Assembly: GCA_964252035.1 (NCBI GenBank)
Contig: OZ176209.1
Direction: 5' to 3' (one strand)
Origin: Podarcis erhardii
Lineage: Eukaryota
Length of the DNA stretch: 64,000 nucleotides
A model generated the notes under the pieces. It saw only the letters and a program-made list of their open reading frames with translations, was not told the DNA's origin and searched no databases. A program made the position numbers and the translations under genes. The first letter of the stretch is position 1. Every line of letters begins with the position of its first letter. Of this stretch, positions 1 through 11,292 are shown piece after piece.

Positions 1-311
1 GGTCAAATCAAAAACCTTCTCTAATTTGAAGATGGGTTAGCAGGGGCTGATGGGAAATGTGGTCCAAAACAGCAGGTAGGCACTAGGCAGGTGAAGGCAG
101 GGCCAGGTGGTAGACAATTCAGCTTTATGTTGTTGTTTCCTGTACCACAAGAGGAGCAAACCAAAAGTCACACACTCCGAACTATAATCCCCGCACTGAG
201 AGATCTGTGAAAGTCACACCCCCCCCCCCGCCAAAATACATACGTGAATACAGAATGACTAAACATCAGGAAGAACTTTCTGACAGTAAGAGCTGTTTAA
301 CAGTGAAACAG

Positions 312-464
312 GCTCCCTCAGAATATGGTGGACTCACTTTCATTGGAGGTTTTAAGCAGAAGTTGGATGGCCATCTGTCAGGGATGCACTAGTTGAGATT
401 CCTGCATTGCAGAGGGTTGGGTTTGATGACTCTTAGGATCCCTTCCAACTCTACGATTCTATGA
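312..464 (+). mobile_element. CR1 LINE 3' end fragment
   Basis: Ends in GATCCCTTCCAACTCTACGATTCTATGA, the CR1-type tail; the same sequence occurs inverted at 54019-54200. Confidence 0.7.
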
Positions 465-1294
465 CAGAAATGGTGTAAAAGTGAAGGACTGGAATATGCT
501 GTTGCCTAAGCACACAGCGTCAACTGCTTGCTGTCAGACATGGTATAGATTTAAAGACTGCTTTTGTGTTTTTACTACATTTCATAAATTGGGGGTCTCC
601 AAATACTTTCTCATTCGCTGACAGAACTCATAGCAAGGCCTGAAGGAAGCCATTTCCCACCTAAAGGGAAAACATGGGGGTGTTTGTTTGTTTGTTCAAC
701 AACTCAGTTGTTTACACCCACCAATCTGTCACTTCTTTCTAATTAATTGTAATTTTTTGGCATCTGCATTGCAGTTTTGCATTTGCCTGCGTGTGTTCAA
801 ATTCTACGGGGCAGAAAAATCTCACTAGCCGTTTTGTGAAAGCAAACACTAAAGTAGTATTGAAAAAGGATATCCAGGGACCTTCTTGTGCAGCAAACGT
901 TGCCATATTGTTAAATCAGCCCTGCTTTAGTAGATGATTGCACAAGCTTCCTCTGGTTTAGTAGAAGTGATAAAGATATACCTCATATCCCAAATGGACT
1001 TTTCTATTTTAGATGTACCACTGGGGGAAGGCATCCATTTGGGGGGAAAACCAGACTAGCAGGATTTTCCAAACAAAACTCCACTTTGAAAGAACCAATT
1101 AAATGTCCCACCACAAAAACCCCTCTTAGGAGCTTAATGTTGTTAAATAGACTCTGAAGCCTGATTACATCATAGCAAAGGAAGGAAACCTTTTGTTTTC
1201 ATTTATTCACTCTTCTGGAAAGGACATTTTAACAAGAAAAACATTTCAGTGATGGTATTGATATCCAACTGAAGGAAAGGGCTAGAATCTGCAG

Positions 1295-1380
1295 GACAGG
1301 CACCTGAAAGAACAGGATGCAGGATGCTAAACGGGCCACTGGCCTGATCCAGCAACCTCTCCTGACCTGAAATATATGTT
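1295..1380 (+). mobile_element. Degenerate CR1-type LINE 3' remnant
   Basis: AACAGGATGC...GGGCCACTGGCCTGATCCAGCA resembles the reverse complement of the element at 57724-58075. Confidence 0.45.
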
Positions 1381-1447
1381 GCCATTGTAAACGTAGTGAA
1401 TACCTTGATAAACTAGAACAAATGTAGCACATTTTCTCATATTCCAG

Positions 1448-1630
1448 GCAACGACCGAGAAGGAAATTCAAAGTTGGGAGAGGAAACTCAGCTAAACAGG
1501 AGATGGGGAAGAGCAGGACTCGTTTTGGGAAAATGAAGCACAATCGCAGGCTTCAATATCGCACCTCTGCCCTCTACAGTTGCGCGTACCCTGGGGCTCT
1601 GGCAGGATGCAGTAACCAGGGATTCCAAAG
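1448..1630 (+). CDS. Candidate internal exon of an unidentified plus-strand gene (183 nt, phase 2-2)
   Basis: Acceptor CATTTTCTCATATTCCAG (AG 1446-1447), donor AAAG|GTATTC. Open frame QRPRRKFKVGRGNSAKQEMGK...SNQGFQR; CpG-retaining, GC-elevated patch. No homolog recognised. Confidence 0.35.
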
Positions 1631-3225
1631 GTATTCCATGCCTGTACCCTGCAGTCAATTCTCCCCCTTAGGGTGGCCGCGGGCTCCACTTACAGAGCAC
1701 AGCTGTCTATTTGGAGGGCTGGCAGTAAACCATCTGATGGGCTGTCTGGTCTCAACCTGGTTTAAGAATGAAGAACCATAAGAAGGGAGGACAGGATCCA
1801 GCCCCTACACAGCAGGACGCAAACAGGTCGCCTAGCCAGGCTTTCCTAGTACAGTATGGTGAGCTGGAGTGTGCTTGTGCGTGCACACATGGACATTTCG
1901 TGCAAACATTGGCTGACTTTTGTGGGAGTGCATTTCATTTTAGTGGGGGGTGGGATGTAATATACAAGTGTTTACCCTATCTTGCCTAGAAGCTTACACT
2001 GCATTAGTGAAACTGCTCTGCATGTTGAAAGCTACTATCACCAATTGATGCTGTACTCACTCCCCTTCCTTTATCCACCACAAAGCATTACAATCCTAAT
2101 ACGAGTCCCTCTTGGATCTACTAAGGACTCCTTCACTCAGCCCAGGCCTGTCTCTACTGTATTTTCTCAAGTAGACAAGTTTAAACTATCTGACCTGCTG
2201 AAGTTTTTCAAACCTTGTCTTGTATTACCATATTGATGTAGAAAAGAAATGCGAATTAAAATTTCAGAAAACAATCTTCGGCAGTTGTTCATTCTAGAGA
2301 CTGACCATGAAGGAATCAAGTGATAGGATTAAGATCTTGAAAGTAGGTGTTCTTCCTAGTCTTTGTCCAATATTTAAGATCCTTCCATGGGAGATATCAA
2401 TGAGAATATTATTACTTTAATTCTATTCCAAATTATCAGAAGCAAGTTATGCCTTTGACTTTCTTTTCTCCAGACCATGGTTGGTATAACTCAAAGAAAA
2501 TTCTTCTTCCATCTAAATCCAAGTGACTGTTCTTGCCTTATCCAAGAAATCATTGCTTAAAAGGATGGGTTGTTTGGTAACTAGTCCACAGCTGGAGCAC
2601 TGCTAGCTGAAACAACTCTTTAATGTTTGACATAATTCAGTGCATGCTAAACTGTAACCAGATTTGTTAAACATTTCAGGGTTGTTTAAAAAAGAGAGAG
2701 AGAGATATTTCCTTGCATATAGACACAGAAAGACAGATAGACAAGTTCTGTCTCAGTCTTGCACAGAAGATGAAGAGGAGCATATTGGCTTAAACCTTCT
2801 ATGACTGCTGAGGGCTCTTCAGTTATCATAACCCTCAAATTATATTGTAAAAAGCTACTTTTCTTGTAATTTCACCTATTCACTGTTCAGCTGTATTGCG
2901 AGGGACCTATTATACAGAAGGGTGCTCTCAGGAGGATTTGAGAGTGCCTGGCACAATAGCCAGGAAATCTTATGGGAACAGTGTTGATCCCTGTTTACCC
3001 ACAGCACACAGACCAACAATATCAACAAATGGGGCACAGCTAAAATTATATAAAATCAGTTAAATCATGCCAAGCTCCCAATACTAAAAGCACTTCTTAT
3101 TTTGAGCTACATAGCTGGAAAAGCAGCTATCTAGGATATGGCATGGCTTGATCCTCTTCTCTGTATGTCTTAACCAAGGTTTTGAATATGTAGGAGGGAT
3201 TCACCAGATGAGAGTAAGGGGATCC

Positions 3226-3316
3226 TTCCAGATGTTGTAGGACTCCAACTCCCACCAGCCGCAGCTGGTACAGCCAAGGGCGAGGGATGATGAGAGGTGA
3301 AGTCCAACATCTGGAG
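3226..3316. mobile_element. Palindromic hAT-derived MITE, degenerate copy
   Basis: CCAGATGTTGTAGGACTCCAACTCCCA ... GAAGTCCAACATCTGG inverted arms; same family as 14470 and 51928. Confidence 0.6.
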
Positions 3317-3322
3317 GACTAA

Positions 3323-3440
3323 AGCACAGTGCTGAGAACACCAAGCTGGCAGGTTCGATTCTCATATGGGACAGATGCATATTCCTGCATTGCAGGACTA
3401 GATGATCCGCAGGGTCCCTTCCAACTCTACGATTCTATGA
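3323..3440 (+). mobile_element. tRNA-derived SINE with CR1-type tail
   Basis: B-box GGTTCGATTC followed by CCTGCATTGCAGG...GGTCCCTTCCAACTCTACGATTCTATGA. Confidence 0.7.
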
Positions 3441-3642
3441 TCCACACAGCAGGTGATTCAAATGTTCTTCTAAGCAGCAAATGACACTTTCACAGACTGG
3501 AGAGAGTGAAATTCATAATGTCACAAAAGCATGATCATTATGTTCCAGTGGCCCTTTAGTCTTAGAACATTTTGTTCAGAGCGATTTTGATTACTGCCCA
3601 ACACCTCTCACCATCTCTTTTACTGTGTTCCATTTCTAATAG

Positions 3643-3898
3643 GAGCCAGGAGAATCTGCAGAAATGGGCACCGCAAAGCTTATGCTCCGAAATCCACATC
3701 TTCCCGCAGGTTGTTCTGAAGCCAGGAACTGCCCCATCTGCCTCGATGTTCGTTCATTTGCTTCAGAAACCAGGAGACGCCCCCTTGAATGTGAAACCTT
3801 GCCATCGCAATCTCCCCCAAGCCTTGCCTTCTGTTTATTACAGAAGATCTGAAGGACTGAACCCTTTGAATAAGACAGCACTTTGGAATCCGAGATAA
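3643..3898 (+). CDS. Candidate terminal coding exon of an unidentified plus-strand gene
   Basis: Strong acceptor CTCTTTTACTGTGTTCCATTTCTAATAG (AG 3641-3642). The phase-2 frame is open to TAA at 3898 (SQENLQKWAPQ...KTALWNPR*) and fits exon 1448-1630; the phase-0 frame is also open to 3852. AATAAA follows at 4226. Confidence 0.45.
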
Positions 3899-4225
3899 AT
3901 CGCTTTGTAATGAACCAACAGCAATGCACTCATGGAAGTTTGTGGGAACTGACTTCTTGCTCTTTTATCGCAATCTGTCATTATAGGTCAGTTTATGTAA
4001 AACACAATAGAGAAAACATGTATAATCTGAAGCATGCAACCCTATGATATAGGCTGCTTGTTCAAAATTGAAACATACTACTGAAAATGTACCATCTATT
4101 CGGGTAACAGTGGGAGCTCTAAAAAGGAAAATGAGTTTTAACATTTATTTTATTTCAAGGCATAGGTTCATAGTACTATTATTTAGTAAAGTGTTTCTTC
4201 TGTAGCCAGGTGGACAACTTGACAG

Positions 4226-4231
4226 AATAAA
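4226..4231 (+). terminator. Candidate poly(A) signal of the plus-strand gene
   Basis: AATAAA ~330 nt after the candidate stop, followed by T-rich sequence. Confidence 0.4.
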
Positions 4232-4469
4232 GCCACAACCTTTTATGTCATCTCTAGTCTTATTCACTGAGGAAGTAGGAAACAGATTGAATGTTATTTC
4301 TCCACAGAATACATGACTAGATCTACAGAATTCCTATACAAAGTGATTTATTGAGAAGTAATACCACGGGGCAGTATGCAACTAAATACTTCTCCTAGTG
4401 CAAGCACGTCTGACTGGGCAATGGAAGTTCATCTTCTTCTCCTTCCGCTGTGTACCCCCTAAATATGTA

Positions 4470-4669
4470 CAGTGGTACCTTGGAAGTCGAATGGAATCTG
4501 TTCCGGAACTCCGTTCGGAAAACATTGGCTCCTGCAGCCAATTGGAAGCTGCGTCGGATGGTCAGGTTCCAAAGAACGTTCACAAACCGGAAGACTCACT
4601 TCCAGGTTTGTGGCATTTGGGAGCCCAAACAGTGAACTCGCAAGGCATTTGGGATCCAAGGTACAACTG
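4470..4669. mobile_element. Tc1/mariner (Tigger-like) MITE
   Basis: TA|CAGTGGTACCTTGG ... CCAAGGTACAACTG|TA: terminal inverted repeats with TA duplication. Confidence 0.8.
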
Positions 4670-5721
4670 TATTGGAGACCGGATTTATGGGGTACAAAAG
4701 GGGCAAATGGAGATGGGAGAGTGAGGGGCAATTCTGTTGCATAGTTAAAAGTGAAAAACTATAGCTGCCCTGTTTAGCTTGATACCACTCGATGGTTTAG
4801 TAATACCGGTGACTGCAAGCCATATGACAAACACAAGATGTGTCTAAGTTCAGACATACTCATTCTTAGATTTGTGACCAGCAACAGGTTAAGTGGTATT
4901 ATTACGCCTCAGTTGCTAGTTTCTCTTGATATCTGGCTTCTCAGTCACTTACATTATGCTGGGATTATGTTGTCTCACCTGGCGCATACAAGTGAGGCCA
5001 CTCCTAGGGATCCTGACAACATTGCTGCAGATATGCATCAGCATCTGGGCTGCCCCACAGAATTGTCACCACCAAGGGAACTCTGAGACTGATTAGTACT
5101 TTATCTTCTGCCTTCCTCCTCCCAAAAATGAATGTAAAAACTGGGGCTCAAGGGTGCTACAAGGGAACTGCACATACCAAAATGCTGCCAAACCTTGTAA
5201 TTCCATACTCCCATAAAATGGGGCATGTCATTGATTTCCTCTCCCCACCCTCAGCAAAACAACATAACTAGCCAAGTAAACCATAAAAAGAAACCAGGGA
5301 GGGGTGTCTACAAATTTGCACAAAACCAGATAGCTGTGTTGGTCTATTGGAGGCAAAACCAAAAGACACAGAAGCTACCTTATTTAGGATCAACCAAAAT
5401 ATCAAACTCATAAGTAGTATTTCAAGTTCTCCAGATCTCTTATTCAGGCGGGAATTTTAAATAAAAGGGTGGGGAGGAGAAAATGTAGGGCAAATTGTTA
5501 TGGCCCAAAGTCATAAGATGGGGACAGGAAAAGACGTACAGACAGATTAGTTTCTGCTATGTATTGATTCAGGCTGCACCAAGGACAACTGGGAGAAAGT
5601 GGTAATAATGACTGTGGCCCAGTGACATTTCACTAAAAGCAGAAACGTAACTGGTATAAGAATTAGCGTGGTACCTTGCCACATCCTCAAGGAAAGTCCC
5701 TATTGAGATCATCTGCTAAAG

Positions 5722-5786
5722 AAGGGGTGGGGACATTATCACCCTCTAGATGTTGGTGAACAACAACTCCCATCATCCCTGAGCAT
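5722..5786. mobile_element. Half copy of the palindromic hAT MITE
   Basis: CTCTAGATGTTGGTGAACAACAACTCCCATCATCCCTGA matches the left arm of the 51928 family. Confidence 0.5.
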
Positions 5787-6204
5787 CCCTTAGCATTCCT
5801 AAGCAGTGCACACGAAAATGAACCATACACAAAACAAATTCAACCAGCAAAAACCTGAACACTTATGATGCCCGCTGTAAAAAGAAAGTCTTTGTTACAT
5901 GTCTGAAGTTCAGTAAGGAGCGTGTCTTTCTAATCTCAGTAGGGAGAGGCTGCCAAAGCTTGCACTGACAACGCTCAATGTTTGCTGTGTTGTGCTTACT
6001 GGGGCTAAATGGAGTTTTAGTTCAGCAACATTAGGAGGGCCAAAAGTATCCCACTCCTTAACTAGAGATCACTTAAAACCAGAGATGGTAATAATGGTAA
6101 TGTATTTATATTCAAGATGATGGATCTGATTGGGTACATTTGCTAGAGTTAGAAAAACTGCATTTGAGACACACAGTCCAAGACATCCCTATTGCTGGAG
6201 AATA

Positions 6205-6559
6205 CAGTGGTGCCCCGCAAGACGAACGCCTCGCAAGACGGAAAACCCGCTAGACGAAAGGGTTTTCCGTTTTGGAGGCGCTTCGCAAAATGAATTTCCC
6301 TATGGGCTTGCTTTGCAAGACGAAATGTCTTGCGAGTTCCTGCGGGGGTTTTTCCCCTTTTCCCCCCTTTTCCTAAGCCGCTAAGCCGCTTATCAGCTGT
6401 TCCGCTGATAAGCCGCTTAACAGCTGATCGCTAAAAGCCGCTAAACCGCTAATAGCGCTAATCCGCTAAGCTGTCAATGGGCTTGCTTCGCAAGACGAAA
6501 AAACCGCTATACGAAGAGCCTAACGGAACGGATTAATTTCATCTTGCGAGGCACCACTG
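6205..6559. mobile_element. Young CpG-rich Tc1/mariner (Tigger-like) MITE
   Basis: TA|CAGTGGTGCCCCGCAAGA ... TCTTGCGAGGCACCACTG|TA; internal GCAAGACG motif repeats and CCGCTAA-like tandem units. Confidence 0.85.
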
Positions 6560-9026
6560 TACAGCACCTCACTAGCAGCAAGCTCAGAGCAAGTTTAAAC
6601 ACAGAGAGAATCCAGGCGTGTGGAGAGCCTTCCTTTCACACACTTCAACTGGCAGGGGAGAAGGCGATTTTCAACAGCAACTTGGAACTTATCTACATTT
6701 GCCGAATGCAAGCTATATACAACACATGAAGCAACCTTTTGTGAGGAGTCACATCTACACAAAGTGACTAAGCATTTGCCTTAGGCAGCAAAAATTATCT
6801 AGGATGCAGCTGAATAGGTCCCTGCATGTCAACCCTTTCAGACACAGAATTTGAAATTCTGAAATTCACATTATATTAATGCAATAGAATGTTTATCATT
6901 TATGTTAACACATTTCACTTGGTTACTTTTTAATCTCTGGACCCAGAAAACAACTCGTACCAAACCATGCATTGCGAGCAACAAGTGGAATTGTAGGACT
7001 TGGTTAAATACCTATATTTTCCAGAGTGATGTGGAATCCATTCATCATCTACTGGATGTACCACCATCTTGCTATAATTGTTAGGAAGAGAATGTAAACT
7101 GAACAGAAGAACTAAAACGGGTGTCATCCATTCCTTTCAAATCTATATATAGATATGCATCAAAGTCGGAGAAGATGTACATCCTAAATTTATGCATAAA
7201 GCAATAAACAAAAGCAGGGGCTAAAAAATAATAATTCTGGTAATACCAAGCAAGTCAATTGGTGTGTAAATCAACTACAGCTAAACAAACATGGAAGTTG
7301 TTATACACAGTATGTATCAAATGCTTATGCATTCATTATGCAAGGATTATTTTATATAAACTCGGTTTTCTATTAAATTCTGTTGTCAGTGCTAGTTCAT
7401 TAGTAAGCTAAGATTACATGGCTTTTTCTAAGCATCTTCAATGGCTCTATGGCTGCAAGCACAAGTGACCATACTGGATAAAATGTTTTGGAATTCATGT
7501 AAAGAAAACTTGCTTTGAATATCCAGTATATTTGCTAATTATATAGATAGTAGCTTATATCAAAGCTTGAATAGGAAAGACTGTATGTGGACATTCACAC
7601 ACACAAAAATTTTAAGTGCCCAAATGCTTCACACATTCTCAGTAGTCTTTACAACAGGCTGAGAACTTTGAGAATTATCCCCATTATAGAAGATGGAATC
7701 AGATGCTAATGCCTAACAGCTTGTTTTAAGTCCACACAAAGTGTTTCGTGGCTGAAAATCTGATCTGAACCAGACTTTCTTTAACTTCTGGCCTGTGCTA
7801 TTCAACACTGTACATGCACAGAGATAGAATACTGTATTCAAGAAAAATGTTCATAAAAATGAATGTCATTACAAAAGTTAGACCTCCTGTATATAAATTG
7901 TGTAGACCAAATTAAAAATGTAAACAACAGAAATGCCTGGGTTTTAAATGTTAACTTTTCCCAAAAAGGCACACAATATGAAAATCTTATTTGCACACGG
8001 TGAGTACATACCAACTTTAAACTTTGCCATAACTAGAGGTAGCCCTCATCTTAGAGGTGGATGATGGTGGCATGTCCTATAGAGCTCTAACTATGCTCTA
8101 TGGGGCATGCCATCCTGATATAAAATATAATCCTCATAACAGAAAGGCTGGGCTGACTCCAAGGTAAGATTTCAGTCTTTAGTGAGAATTAAGTGGGTGC
8201 CTAAATGCAAGATGTATATTTTTATGTAGGATTATCAGACACATATGCAATCTCACTTTAGAATCTATGGATTAAAACAATACATAAAACTGCTTCACTC
8301 TTGCTTTCTCCTGGGGTGAAACTGGAAGCATAAAACATGGTTTATTTGGCCTTGAAACAAGCTATATAGATTCCTTGTGCTGCCTTCAAGTCCTTCCCCT
8401 TCCATCCTGCTTTCTGGGTTTGGAGAGAACCCTTTAAACAGAATTTCCTGGTTTGGAAGTTGTGGTTTAAGCAGCCTACATTATCAGACCAGGATTATGT
8501 CTGAACCAGGCTGCTGTGATGGAAGGCATTATTTTATTGTTTACAGCACAAAGGGTACACTGATTTTCTGAGCTCAAATAACCAGAAATTGAACTTTCTC
8601 CTGAATATATTAACCCTATTTCTCAGTGTATTTTAAATGCATATGTGCAGTTCCATGTAATAATCAACAGTCAGCAGTGTGCAAAAAGTGGGAATATGCA
8701 GAACATAGTCTAGTAAGTATTTTTGGTCTATGTAAGCCCCCATATGCAATATACACTAAACAATTTTGTAATCTGCTTTGGAAATTCCCCTAAATTTAAA
8801 AAACTCTGGAGACAGCATTGGCAAAAAGCAGGGTGTTAACTGAGGAAAATACAGTAAAGCTGGGCAAGATATGGCACAGAAAAGCTAACATTGGCACTAG
8901 GGCAGAAAGGGCAACAGTCCAATGGGGCATGCACAGTTTTCTGCCAAACCCATCACATGAACTGACAAAAATGAGCACAAAATCAAAGAAGGAGAACTCA
9001 CAAAAAGCTGTCATCAAGTTTTCTGT

Positions 9027-9032
9027 TTTATT
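9027..9032 (-). terminator. Distal CNOT4 poly(A) signal
   Basis: TTTATT on plus = AATAAA on minus, followed on minus by a U/GU-rich tract (CTTTTTGTGAGTTCTCCTTCTTTGATTTTGTG). Confidence 0.7.
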
Positions 9033-9499
9033 TAAGATTTTAGTTTTAATTCTGAAGAAAGAGGTACATTTCCTTGTTTTTAGTTTTAGAGTCAGGTTAT
9101 AACCATGTTTAATTTTATCTGTTTCTCTTTTCCTGTCTTTCAATACTGCACAAACGTCCAGAAACTACAAGGTTAAGTAAAAGCTGCAGGCAGAGGTCGT
9201 CAAAGGTTGCGCTCCTGATGGTGATCATGTGGCCCCAATGCAGTGCTATCCCAGAGTGCCTTAATCAGGTGATTTTTTAAAGAAAAGAAAAGGAAAAAAA
9301 AGAAAGAGAGACTGACAAGGAGACAGAAAGACTGAAGTAAATATCACTCGTGTTTCAGCTGCTTATAATTATATCATGTATATGCTAGGTATTAAATCTG
9401 TGAATATTTTTAAAACATTACGTTTACTTGAAATCTAAAGCCAAAATTTTAAAATATCCCTCTGTTAAACCACTTCTTAGGAACAAGGCAACATGTCAG

Positions 9500-9505
9500 T
9501 TTATT
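9500..9505 (-). terminator. Candidate proximal poly(A) signal in the CNOT4 3'UTR
   Basis: AATAAA on the minus strand. Confidence 0.4.
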
Positions 9506-10075
9506 TCAACAGGCAAACTGTCCTTCAACCCACTTCATGACAAATCTTACTGACAATACTGTCCCACCCTCCCAAACAGAGGGTGGGGGGCTATCTCCCT
9601 GCATACTGACACACAGAGTGCAAAATAACTGCCAGGCCACTGGTTTTTTCCCTATACCTTGAATCTCTCATTTATATTAAACTGCTTTTACATCGCTGCA
9701 TTTGATTCTGAATTTTATATTATTTTCCCCTACTTGACATTTTCTGCTAGGCTAAAGTAATTCCGTGCAAAAGATTTATGAAAATAATATTTTCCTTTTT
9801 ATGCACTTTTGATTTCTCTCTCTCTTTTTTCTTTGTGTGTTTAAAGAAATTTCATCAGTGTATTTCAAACACTGGCTTAGCAGAATCTTAAAATAAAATA
9901 AAATAAAGAGATATGGTTATGACCCTGTGATTGCATTGCATTTGGAGGCTGGTGGGGAAGAGTTTTGATCAGGAACTGGATTCTTCAGAAAGAAAGATGT
10001 GGAGGAGGGACCATGGGTGGGTGTAGGAAGTCTGGGTGGGGCAATTCCTGCATTTCTAATGTTTTTGAACTTTTC

Positions 10076-10377
10076 CTAATGACGATCCAGCGCTGAGCTC
10101 TGTAGTAGATCTGTGGGGGGTTTACTGGGGGGTCTGAAAGCTGTCTGGAAGCCTGGGGGAGGAGAGTGAAAACTGGCGGGGTTTGAAGGTGGGGAGTAAG
10201 GATTCCAACTGGCTCTGTGCAGAGGAATCTGTGTGCTGAAGGGGTTACTGTGGGGGGTCTGTGTCGGGGCAGCACTGGGGCCATCCATCTCTGTGAGAGC
10301 CTGAAGAGATTTTAGCCAGTGTGGTGGATTGTCGTCTTGAAGGGTGTCTAAACTGTTTCCAGCGGAGGCTGGGATAC
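10076..10377 (-). CDS. CNOT4: CNOT4 last coding exon (exon 12)
   Basis: Acceptor TTCTCTTCTTCCTAG; (G)IPASAGNSLDTLQDDNPPHWLKSLQALTEMDG...LLQSSALDRH*; TAG at 10076-10078. Confidence 0.96.
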
Positions 10378-11079
10378 CTAGGAAGAAGAGAAAACATAGG
10401 AGGAGAAAGAGGTTAAGTCAGAGCAAGCAAGAATTTCAAATGTGAAGTAGGTCAGCTTAAACCTAACCAGTGGCAATGGTAAGAAAACATTATTAGTTGG
10501 TACAAAGGACTGTTATAACCGTGTTCCAGACAAAACAGTAGTTGAGCTTTCACAAGAAACATTTGCCCCTTGGAGAACTTTTCACACTTTCTACAACATT
10601 TGTCCAGAGATTTATTCACAATCTAGCTCTACCAGATAACATATGCTCCTCTACCTTTTTCCAAATCATGCTTTAGCCTTTAAAAGGGAAACACAAATAG
10701 CCTTATAAGAGAGCTTTATAAACAAGTGGAGTATGTTCCTTTTTAATGAAAAAGAGTCCAGTTAATGTATCAGTGCCTAAGGAGTTTCATTGCACAGAAC
10801 TGGCAAGCCATTAGATCACAGGGCAACCTACTAAAGTCTAAAGATGTATTGGGAAGACGCTGAACATGCAACGGATATTGGGATGGAGGGGGCTAATGCC
10901 TGGTTTCCCCCCCAAAAAAGATGCTTGAACCTCTAGAAAGTTTGGTGGATGGAAGCTGGAAGAGACCACCGCATAGAGTTGCTTTTTCTTTCTTCCTTTC
11001 GAAAAAAGGCATTGATTAATTTGTGCAAAATATGCACTTTGTAATTCTCAGTGGAGCTGAAGGAGCGAGAAATTGTTAC

Positions 11080-11292
11080 CTGTGATGATTGCGGGGTCCA
11101 TCCAGCTGCCAGGGCTGTCCCAATTCAGGCTGTCGGTGGTGGCAGTGTTGGATGTTGGTACACTGTGGTTGGCGTTGGAGGGGGAAGTAGCATTGGGCAG
11201 TCCACCAAAGTTGATGTTAATGTTCGGTAGAAGTGCCCTTAGCCCGTCCTGCCATTCCTTCATATTTAAACTCTCTACAGAACTGTTGTTGT
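11080..11292 (-). CDS. CNOT4: CNOT4 exon 11 (213 nt, symmetric phase 1)
   Basis: CCCAG|(D)NNSSVESLNMKEWQDGLRALLPNININFGG...DPAIIT|GTAACA. Confidence 0.95.

Larger units (their letters stand above)
9005..10075 (-). other. CNOT4: CNOT4 3'UTR (~1.07 kb)
   Basis: Lies between the stop codon and the distal AATAAA; repeat-free and AU-rich. Confidence 0.75.

Noticed and set aside
2160-2236. VDKFKLSDLLKFFK resembles the STRA8 C-terminal EKFQLYMQIINFFK
   Set aside because: Weak similarity, no usable donor, and no following TETFDDEDL-type exon found.
7012-7071. Possible 60-nt minus-strand exon (KMVVHPVDDEWIPHHSGKY)
   Set aside because: Lies beyond the CNOT4 poly(A) site, the branch motif is too close to the AG, the donor is moderate and no partner exons were found.
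9917-10075. 52 open codons in frame after the CNOT4 stop (EKFKNIRNAG...CNAITGS*): possible read-through extension
   Set aside because: Chance probability is about (61/64)^52, roughly 8%, and the context UAG-G is not a leaky stop. Revisit only if orthologs keep the frame or Ribo-seq shows read-through.
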